Of a stretch of 64,000 nt of DNA, positions 56,833-64,000 are shown piece after piece (position 1 is the stretch's first letter; each line of letters starts with the position of its first letter). This DNA comes from Patescibacteria group bacterium. GTDB lineage: Bacteria > Patescibacteriota > Patescibacteriia > CAIXNZ01. The stretch spans positions 64,568-128,567 of the forward strand of contig JAQTMG010000001.1 in the NCBI GenBank assembly GCA_028714455.1, written 5' to 3'. The position numbers and the translations under genes are program-made. The notes below the pieces were generated by a model. That model was not told the origin of the DNA. It saw only the letters and a list, made by a program, of their open reading frames with translations, and did no database searches.

Positions 56833-59115
56833 TTATTTTTTTGTCACCTTTGTCTCCAGACGCATGTCCTTGGCGTTGTTTAGCGTGATGGCCGTTTTTC
56901 CGTCTAGAAGCTGAAACACCTGCGGGTAGGTGTTAGCCTTCCAATATGACTGAATAACGAATTTGATATTTATCTCTTCGCCTGGTTTAACGCTTGTTTT
57001 CGTTTGCTTGACCGTCTTGCTGTTTAGCCAGGACCAGTCCTTGAACCACGAATTGGTGCCGTCGATATCATAGCTTTTTAGCGTCGGCATTTTCCAGGTT
57101 TTTGTACCCGTGTTTTTAAACGTCAGGATCACGGTTTTTCTGGTATTTAATTTCATTGAGCTCGGAATCGTGCTGGACGTTAATTCGGCTGAATAAGGCG
57201 CGATTATTTTTGTGGTCTTATCGAATTTATAGATTTCATTTCCTTCATAGATAACGCTGATTGTATAAATAGAGTCTCCAATATTGGCAGAGGCTTTGCC
57301 CTTAAAACTGAAAGTAACGAATGAATTTGGATCAATTACCCCCTTCTCTAGACTCGCGAGATAAACGCTCTCTTTCCCGTTTTGAATCAGAACTTGAAGC
57401 TTGTCAGTAAAAAGAGCGGCGTTGCTGATGTTTTGGAATTTAATTGTGCCCTTGATCTCTTCTTTGGTGCCAATTTTTTCAGGAAAATCAGTCTGGGTCA
57501 ATTCGACTCGAAAAATACTTTGAGAGTTAACCGTTTGGTTGCAGCTGGTGCAGGGAATCTTGTTTAAGGCAATTGTAAAATCGGTATTGGGGAAATAGCC
57601 TTTATCTGACCAGGCCAGCACAAAATTTTTGGTGGTTTTCTGTTCGGCCGGCGAGCCAAGGACTAATTTAAATTTACCAATCTGACCCGGCTCGACGTTT
57701 CCTCCGGTGAGTCTAAAAATCTGGTTGTTTGAATCAACGACGACAGCATCTTTTTCGGCTGATTCCATGGCGATTTTAACCGAATCAATTCTGGCCATTT
57801 TATTTTTGATCTGTTCGTCAGTGACATAGACATAGTTATCTTCATAGCCGCGCCAGGTCTCCAGACCGGTGTTTTTGAATTCAACGCTCACCTCGGCCGA
57901 TCTTGTCTCTTCAACGTTAATTTCTTTGGCGCTTTGTTTCACCAGTTCGGCTGAAGTCGGCTGCGGTTTTTTATAGCCGCCGATTTCCTGCAAGATGTTA
58001 TAAGATAGTTGCCTGACTTGCGGCAAAAGATCATAAATAAGATTGCCGGGGCAGGTTGTTTTGACCACGTCTCTGTGACCTAAAATATTTGGCATCATCT
58101 TGCCCTCGTATTCACTCTGACCCATCGGGTCTATGTTAAATTCTCTTGATTTTTCGGCAATCAATTTATCCAGGGCGTTTTTAGCCGCGTCCGTGAGATG
58201 ATCAGGCGTGTTACAAGCTGAATTTTTATTTTCATTTCTAGTTTCATAGCAGCCTAAAATGGCAATGCCGATCGAGCTTCTGTTATTCATGTAGGCATGG
58301 CCGCCCACGACTCCGTCGCCGCCAAAGCGGCCTTCATAAACATTGCCCTTGGAATCAATTATATAGTTGTAGCCGATGTCACCCCAGTTCTTCACTTTGG
58401 CATGCCAATAATAAATCGCCCGTATTGAGGTCATAGGGTTGAGACCATTTTCTTCGCCGGCCGTGTGATGGATTATGAATCTTTTTGGCGAGTAATATTC
58501 CTCGGGCCAGAGATCACTGCCAGTCGCGTCATATCTGTAGGTTTCATCGGCGCCCCAATTTTTTCGAGCCACGATCTGGAAGATATCATTTGAGCCAGAA
58601 CTCATCGTTACGTTTCCACTCGGCCCCCTGGTCGTATCGAGATAGGTAAAGTTTAGATTTTTCAGATTATTTTTTTCGGCTTGATTATTAAAAATCAATT
58701 TATATTGAAACGTATCGGTTAATTTTGCGGGAATCATTTGGCTATTAAGTCCTTCGCCGGTACCGTCTTTGCCGCCGATATCATCGTCGATTTCGATTTG
58801 CTGCCAATCAGACCAGATCTCATTTAAAAATCTCACATAGATGGCTGGCTGGTCTTGAGAACCGTCTTGGAGATTCCAGCTCAAAAATAAAGCGTTGAAG
58901 GGAAAGTCGGTTCTTAAAATAGGGGAATTTATCTCGCTCTTGGAAGATTCTAGGGCAATAAAAAAAGAGCCATTTTCCGCGGGTGAGTTTATCTCAAGGT
59001 GGCCCTCTCTAACGTTATTATTATTGGAATCAGCGTTAACCAAGGTTAGGGCTAAAACCGCTGACCAAAATATCACTAAAATTAGTACAAATTTTGTCTT
59101 TATTTTAAATTTCAT
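56833..59115 (-). CDS. secreted N-acetylmuramoyl-L-alanine amidase (Amidase_2/PGRP domain) with multiple Ig-like C-terminal repeats
   Basis: ..KRFIIHHTAGE..........GDIGYNYIIDSKGNVYEGR.. and ..HRDV..TTCPG.. The likely start is MKFKIKT at 59115. Confidence 0.75.
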   Translation of the reverse strand: MKFKIKTKFVLILVIFWSAVLALTLVNADSNNNNVREGHLEINSPAENGSFFIALESSKSEINSPILRTDFPFNALFLSWNLQDGSQDQPAIYVRFLNEIWSDWQQIEIDDDIGGKDGTGEGLNSQMIPAKLTDTFQYKLIFNNQAEKNNLKNLNFTYLDTTRGPSGNVTMSSGSNDIFQIVARKNWGADETYRYDATGSDLWPEEYYSPKRFIIHHTAGEENGLNPMTSIRAIYYWHAKVKNWGDIGYNYIIDSKGNVYEGRFGGDGVVGGHAYMNNRSSIGIAILGCYETRNENKNSACNTPDHLTDAAKNALDKLIAEKSREFNIDPMGQSEYEGKMMPNILGHRDVVKTTCPGNLIYDLLPQVRQLSYNILQEIGGYKKPQPTSAELVKQSAKEINVEETRSAEVSVEFKNTGLETWRGYEDNYVYVTDEQIKNKMARIDSVKIAMESAEKDAVVVDSNNQIFRLTGGNVEPGQIGKFKLVLGSPAEQKTTKNFVLAWSDKGYFPNTDFTIALNKIPCTSCNQTVNSQSIFRVELTQTDFPEKIGTKEEIKGTIKFQNISNAALFTDKLQVLIQNGKESVYLASLEKGVIDPNSFVTFSFKGKASANIGDSIYTISVIYEGNEIYKFDKTTKIIAPYSAELTSSTIPSSMKLNTRKTVILTFKNTGTKTWKMPTLKSYDIDGTNSWFKDWSWLNSKTVKQTKTSVKPGEEINIKFVIQSYWKANTYPQVFQLLDGKTAITLNNAKDMRLETKVTKK

Positions 59116-59226
59116 TTGGGTTTTTGTTTTAAAATTGGCTAATTTTAGCTCAATTATACTCTCATTATAGCATAATTTTTTTCTTTTGTAAAGAACCTGG
59201 TGCGATATTTTAGCTAATTTTAGCAA

Positions 59227-60684
59227 TTATTCTAATATTTCATCAATTAACTCTTGTTCGGGCTTAATTTTTATATTTAATAATTCGTAAATAAATTCCT
59301 TCTCAATTCCCCTAAATAGATAAATAAATACAAAGTAGATAAATATAGCTATGATTAGCTGAAAAATAACGTTTAAATTGGGCGAAAAGTACAAGAATAT
59401 GGCCATTAATATAGACGCCAGGAGGCTCTTTGAAAATATTATAAATTTTGGAGAAAATTTGGCTGTTTTTGTCACAACATAGTAGTTAAAGGCTAAAATC
59501 AGAAATTCAGAGAGTACCGTAAATATTGCCGCGCCAAAATAGCCGTATTTTGGAATCGTCAGAATATAACCAACCAAAGAGAAAATCGCCACAAAAACGT
59601 ACAACCAGACCATTTTTCTTTGTTTGTCGATGGAAACTACTGCATAGCCGAAAAGAGAATTTATAAAGATTATGCCAGTCGCCACGATTATGATCTGCAA
59701 AATCATGCCCGAAAGAGTAAATTCTGGTCCGGCTATCAAAACCATCAATTTCTCGGCGACAAAATAAGTACCTATGATCATGGGCACGGTCAAGATGACA
59801 AGGGCGTCAAAAGTTCTTTGAAAAAGGTTTTTGAACTTGTCAAAATTTTTCTGAACCCAGGCGGCGGTCAGCAACGGGAAAATTATGCCGGTAAAAAGAT
59901 AAATAAAATTTACCAGAATTTCCAGCACCCGATACGGCGCGTTGTATAAGCCGACTTCAGCCTGACTGCGGACGAGAGAGAGTATGAGCGTGTCAGCCTT
60001 GAAGTAGACGAGGTTGAAGGCGATCGAGATGGCCAGCGGCCAGGTCAGATGAAAAATTTTTTTCCAGACCTGCCAGTCAAAAGCAAATTTTATTTTTATA
60101 AATTTTAAGACTAATAAATAGTTGATGATAAAATTCACCAGGTTACCCAGGACCACTGCCCAGATCAAATTTAAAAATCCAAAATTGTTAAAGACAAAAA
60201 AAGCCACGAGGACGAGAAGTGTCAGTCTGCCGGCAACCTCGGCTATGGCGACTCCTCCCAGCTTCAGCTCATTTTGAAAAAGGCTGATTAGAATTTGGTT
60301 GAGCGCTGATAAAAAAAATGAAATCGAAGCGATGGCGATGCCGATTTTTATCAGATTATCGTAGGGAAAAAAAATAACCACGAGAGGGGCGAGTCCGAGG
60401 AATATAAGAGCAGTAAAAAATCTAAAGGTAAAAATATTATTAACCGCCTTTTCTTTCTCTGCTCCAAAATCGGCAATCAATCTAATGACGGTCAGCGACA
60501 AACCCATGTCGACAAGTATCCCAAAAAATTGAAGAAAGGCCATGATGGTGGAGTATTGGCCAAAACCCGATTGCCCCAGATATCTGGTCATTAGGGCGAT
60601 CGTAAAAACGCCTAAAATGGTTCCCAGTACTTTGCCGGAAAATTGTAACGCGGTGTTAAAAGCGATTTTTCTTGTTAGAGACAT
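59227..60684 (-). CDS. Wzx-like oligosaccharide/polysaccharide flippase (MOP superfamily)
   Basis: About 14 TM helices. Typical PST-family N-terminus ..RKIAFNTALQFSGKVLGT.. Confidence 0.7.
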   Translation of the reverse strand: MSLTRKIAFNTALQFSGKVLGTILGVFTIALMTRYLGQSGFGQYSTIMAFLQFFGILVDMGLSLTVIRLIADFGAEKEKAVNNIFTFRFFTALIFLGLAPLVVIFFPYDNLIKIGIAIASISFFLSALNQILISLFQNELKLGGVAIAEVAGRLTLLVLVAFFVFNNFGFLNLIWAVVLGNLVNFIINYLLVLKFIKIKFAFDWQVWKKIFHLTWPLAISIAFNLVYFKADTLILSLVRSQAEVGLYNAPYRVLEILVNFIYLFTGIIFPLLTAAWVQKNFDKFKNLFQRTFDALVILTVPMIIGTYFVAEKLMVLIAGPEFTLSGMILQIIIVATGIIFINSLFGYAVVSIDKQRKMVWLYVFVAIFSLVGYILTIPKYGYFGAAIFTVLSEFLILAFNYYVVTKTAKFSPKFIIFSKSLLASILMAIFLYFSPNLNVIFQLIIAIFIYFVFIYLFRGIEKEFIYELLNIKIKPEQELIDEILE

Positions 60685-60944
60685 ATTAAATATATGGTAG
60701 CAGAAAAATTGATTTTTCGCCATTGAAAAGACTCCGTGTTTTGAGACCTCCATTTTTGACAAGCTTAATCAGATTGTCTTGAATTCATTGAAAATTTATT
60801 GAACAAATAATGTATACAAAGAGCCCATTTTCATTGACTGAAACCGAAAAAAATGCTATAATGTAAATATAAAATAAAAATAAAATGAGAACCTTTAATA
60901 CAACTTATTTCGGCTGGAAATACTGCCAAAAGCAGGAACGAGCT

Positions 60945-62678
60945 ATGACCAGGAAAAGAACCAATCTGGATTTTTTCCTTAGTATTGTCATAGCTTTTTT
61001 GATTATCTTTTTCGTCTCGCAGTTTTTAGCTCACCTCGATACCATCATAAGATTTCCGGCTGGTCAAAATTTTTCTACACTTAATCCCTTCGCGATTAGC
61101 ACGGCCGAGGCGGCCACAGCCACCTCCCTGAAAGAAGGCGATTTAATTAAATATTCCGGAGCCGCTGCCGTCTATCTGGTAAAGGACGGCGGCAGATATT
61201 CTTTCCCCTTTAAAAAAGTTTACCAGTCTTATTACGGCGATGATTTTTCAAAGGTAAAATTGATTACGCTAGCCGAACTTTCCAGCCTGCCGTTAAAAGG
61301 CAACGTGAAATTGCCCGAAAATACTCTTGTAAAAATCGCCACTGACCCCAGGGTATATAAGGTAGTTAAGATTAACAGCTTGTCATATCTGAAATGGATC
61401 GAGACAGAAGCTGAAGCAAAAGCGCAGTTTGGCAGTAAATGGACAAATAAAATAATTGATATGCCCGATGTTTTTTTTACTGATTACCAGACCGCGACGG
61501 TTTTGGCGACCCAGCCGATAAATAATAATTCCCAATCAGTTGGTTTGGTGGAAATATGCATGAGCTTAAAACCAGATGAACAAAAAACAGCCGCTCAAAA
61601 GCTGCTCTTGGATGAATGTCAAAAAATAGGCGCCAATGTTACTGACGATGGAGTAGTTTTTGTTGATGCGGCGCCAAGCCCGCAAACTGCCGTCTATCCC
61701 GCTCCGACACCAGACCCCGCGCCAACGCCTGCTCCGACACCGACGCCAGTCACTCCCACTCCAACTCCCTCACCAGCACCAGGGCCTTCTCAATTAGATT
61801 CGGCGTATGGTCCTCTGATCAGAGTTGGACTTTATTACACTTCTTCCGCCGTTATTTTAACTGCCAATTATTCTTATAAAGTTAAGGATCAGAACAAATC
61901 GCTTTTGGCGAGCGTACCGGCCGGCGTGCAAAGCAACGTCACCTTTAACTTTTCCAATAAGACATACAGCCTGTCAGCCAACGGAGTGAATCTGGCGACC
62001 AGCTCATATTTAAGATTTGAAGGCGACGCCAGCAACACAGTTTTCGAGATAATTTCTTTTGACAACGTGACTGGCTGGAACGCGAATTTGAATGACAATA
62101 AATTTTTAGGAAGTCTGGAAATCAGATACGCGAGCGCGACAAGCAGATTATGGGTGATAAACGAGCTGCAACTGGAGAATTATTTAAAGGGTCTGGCCGA
62201 AACCACGAATTATTCGCCGCTTGAATATCAGAAAGCTCTGGTTACGGCGGCCAGAACGTATGCCATGTATCATTACAATCGAGGGACTAAACACGCCGCC
62301 GAGAATTTCACGGTTGATGCCACCAACGATCAGGTTTATCGCGGCTACAATTCACAGCTGCGCCTAACCGTGGTTACCCAAGCGGTTGAACAGACTAAAG
62401 GCATGGTAGTAACTTACGGCGATCAGGTCGTTGTCACTCCATATTTTTCTTACAGCGATGGCTATACGAGAGATTGGGAAGACGTTTGGGGCGGTTCGCC
62501 AGTGCCTTGGTGCCGCGCAGTTAAAGAGCCGGCCGGTTATGACAAGACAACCATGTACGGTCACGGCGTCGGGCTTTCGGCCAGAGGCGCCTTGCTCCTG
62601 GCCAATGATTACAGCTACGGCTACGAGCAGATTCTTAAATACTATTACACCGGAATCGAATTAAAAAAGATTTATTAA
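60945..62678 (+). CDS. SpoIID/LytB-domain protein (peptidoglycan lytic transglycosylase-like), membrane-anchored with an Ala/Pro/Thr-rich linker
   Basis: The C-terminal roughly 220 aa match SpoIID (..TARTYAMYHYNRGTKHAAENFTVDATNDQVYRGY..YFSYSDGYTRDWEDVWGG..). Confidence 0.7.
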   Translation: MTRKRTNLDFFLSIVIAFLIIFFVSQFLAHLDTIIRFPAGQNFSTLNPFAISTAEAATATSLKEGDLIKYSGAAAVYLVKDGGRYSFPFKKVYQSYYGDDFSKVKLITLAELSSLPLKGNVKLPENTLVKIATDPRVYKVVKINSLSYLKWIETEAEAKAQFGSKWTNKIIDMPDVFFTDYQTATVLATQPINNNSQSVGLVEICMSLKPDEQKTAAQKLLLDECQKIGANVTDDGVVFVDAAPSPQTAVYPAPTPDPAPTPAPTPTPVTPTPTPSPAPGPSQLDSAYGPLIRVGLYYTSSAVILTANYSYKVKDQNKSLLASVPAGVQSNVTFNFSNKTYSLSANGVNLATSSYLRFEGDASNTVFEIISFDNVTGWNANLNDNKFLGSLEIRYASATSRLWVINELQLENYLKGLAETTNYSPLEYQKALVTAARTYAMYHYNRGTKHAAENFTVDATNDQVYRGYNSQLRLTVVTQAVEQTKGMVVTYGDQVVVTPYFSYSDGYTRDWEDVWGGSPVPWCRAVKEPAGYDKTTMYGHGVGLSARGALLLANDYSYGYEQILKYYYTGIELKKIY

Positions 62679-62688
62679 AAATAAAAAA

Positions 62689-62718
62689 TTCCCCGCGGCG
62701 CGGGGAATTTTTTTATGT
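62689..62718. terminator. bidirectional intrinsic terminator
   Basis: CCCCGCGGCGCGGGG hairpin flanked by A/T runs. Confidence 0.6.
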
Positions 62719-62720
62719 CG

Positions 62721-63329
62721 CTATTTATTGTTTTCGTGATGGAGTATCTCGTGTATCTCATGTTCGAGATTATCTTCTTCTCTTTGCACCAGGCCATTTA
62801 TTGTTTTAACTATATCAAACGGTAAGGGCACCTGGTGAAAAGAAAAACGCTCCAACTTGCCGGCGGTTTGGACAATGACAGTGCCATAATTAAAAAATGT
62901 TTCAAAAAATCCTTTTTGCACGGCCGTAACATCCTGAACCTTGTCGATTGTTTGTTCCGAGATGACCCTGTTAAAAAGTCCCTTCTGTTCTATGTCGATG
63001 ATCCTCTTGCTGGTTACGATCCAGACATCAAGATGATAGTCGATAAAAGCATTAAAGAAAAAGAGAATCATAAATAGATAGTAGATGCTGGTCAGCAGAA
63101 GGAGAAAGGAATAATAGATTTCATTCGTTATAAGGAAGGGAAAAGCGTAGAGCAGAAAGTAATATATGGCGATAGGGATTAACCCGAGCAGTATGTACAA
63201 GATCCATTTGCCAAGTAAAATAATCCAGTGGCGTCTTAAAAAAAGAAGCAGCTTCTCATCCTCCTGGCGGTTTGGTATTGTTCCCTCGATATACATAGGA
63301 TATTTTAAATGGTAAAGGTTTGGGTCCAA
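62721..63329 (-). CDS. bacterial PH-domain (YdbS/YdbT-like) membrane protein
   Basis: Two TM helices followed by a bPH-like segment (..DVWIVTSKRIIDIEQKGLF....). Confidence 0.6.
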   Translation of the reverse strand: MDPNLYHLKYPMYIEGTIPNRQEDEKLLLFLRRHWIILLGKWILYILLGLIPIAIYYFLLYAFPFLITNEIYYSFLLLLTSIYYLFMILFFFNAFIDYHLDVWIVTSKRIIDIEQKGLFNRVISEQTIDKVQDVTAVQKGFFETFFNYGTVIVQTAGKLERFSFHQVPLPFDIVKTINGLVQREEDNLEHEIHEILHHENNK

Positions 63330-63529
63330 TCAATGGGCAGACCGAGTTTATACGTGATAAACAGCAATAAGACAGTGGCTCCCAAAAATAGAAACGTCGC
63401 CAAAAAGCTGGTGAAGCTCAAAAAGCCGAATCTGAACAGGTGGTAAAGATTTATCAGCGCATAAAGGAAAAATAAGGCGAGGCTGATTCCGTAGATGACA
63501 AGGTAGGTTGTGATGGAGACTTCGAGCAT
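63305..63529 (-). CDS. small two-TM membrane protein
   Basis: ORF only. A hydrophobic 74-aa product overlapping the bPH gene start. Confidence 0.35.
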   Translation of the reverse strand: MLEVSITTYLVIYGISLALFFLYALINLYHLFRFGFLSFTSFLATFLFLGATVLLLFITYKLGLPIDWTQTFTI

Positions 63530-63533
63530 ATAT

Positions 63534-64000
63534 TTATAATAAGCTATTTTGCTCTTTATCCAAAATCGGCTTTAAACCGAGATGTTCAAAGGCGCGCTTG
63601 GTGGCGGTTCTGCCTCTGGGCGTGCGCTGCAAAAATCCTAACTGCATCAAAAATGGTTCATAGATATCTTCGAGCGTATCCATTTCCTCGTTGGTGGCTG
63701 CTGCCAATGTATTTAAGCCGACAGGACCGCCCGAGAATTTTTCAATAATGGCCATTAAAATCTTGCGGTCTACTTCATCTAGGCCTAGTTCATCAATTTC
63801 CAAAAGTTTAAGGGCGTCCAGCGCCAGATTTCCAGTAACATCGCCGTCAGCTTTGACCTGGGCAAAATCACGCACGCGCTTGAGTAAGCGATTGGCCACG
63901 CGCGGCGTTCTCCTGGCACGCTCGGCAATTAATTTGGAAGCATCACTGTCAATCTCAATATCTAAAATTTTTGCTGAACGGTTAATAATCTTCTGGATAT
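63534..64000 (-). CDS. ruvB: Holliday junction helicase RuvB, C-terminal part (gene continues past the window edge)
   Basis: ..[19 protein letters not shown]... is the C-terminal winged helix of RuvB. The reading frame stays open to position 64000. Confidence 0.85.
   Translation of the reverse strand, partial: IQKIINRSAKILDIEIDSDASKLIAERARRTPRVANRLLKRVRDFAQVKADGDVTGNLALDALKLLEIDELGLDEVDRKILMAIIEKFSGGPVGLNTLAAATNEEMDTLEDIYEPFLMQLGFLQRTPRGRTATKRAFEHLGLKPILDKEQNSLL

Overview
This 64-kb window is AT-rich (native coding regions roughly 45% GC, intergenic regions much lower), and its native genes have no Shine-Dalgarno motifs. The gene content and organisation look like a small-genome Candidate Phyla Radiation / Patescibacteria-like bacterium, and the window spans the replication origin (rpmH-rnpA-yidD <-> dnaA-dnaN).

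The housekeeping backbone is: rpsF-ssb-rpsR, efp, recA, ftsK, a 16S rRNA gene (minus strand, not linked to a 23S) followed by a tRNA island, trmD/rpsP/KH-protein, tig, tsaC, ruvC/yebC, PBP1A, galU, and a partial ruvB at the window end.

Five things stand out against that backbone:
- (i) An eight-gene tandem array (50.7-54.5 kb, minus strand) of diversified VirB2/TrbC-like pilin paralogs. They are co-oriented with an orphan solute-binding lipoprotein, galU and a cell-wall amidase, and no secretion-machinery genes lie nearby.
- (ii) A highly unusual tRNA island (7.6-8.65 kb). Intact tRNA-Ile and tRNA-Phe genes each sit between the 5' and 3' fragments of a paralogous split tRNA gene. The island is interleaved with a GC-rich 11-nt inverted-repeat hairpin family and a 100-bp inverted-repeat element.
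- (iii) A co-transcribed pair: an FtsK/HerA-superfamily P-loop ATPase plus a 572-aa cysteine-rich protein that is internally duplicated and has matching N- and C-terminal motifs.
- (iv) Nine self-contained transcription units, each with a canonical TTGACA-17-TATAAT-like promoter, a strong AAGGAGG RBS, an intrinsic terminator, and in most cases elevated GC. They include a dGTPase-like HD protein and several small secreted proteins, and they contrast with the SD-less native genes. The 16S 3' tail carries a variant anti-SD (CAUCUCC).
- (v) Several candidate structured or regulatory DNA/RNA elements:
  - an sRNA-like unit upstream of rpsF;
  - a shared 21-mer leader upstream of rpsF and tig;
  - a palindromic double hairpin between yebC and ruvC;
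  - a four-helix-bundle (rRNA-IVS-family) gene flanked by heptamer repeats;
  - DnaA-box clusters.

All calls come from reading the sequence and translations by eye. No database searches were run.
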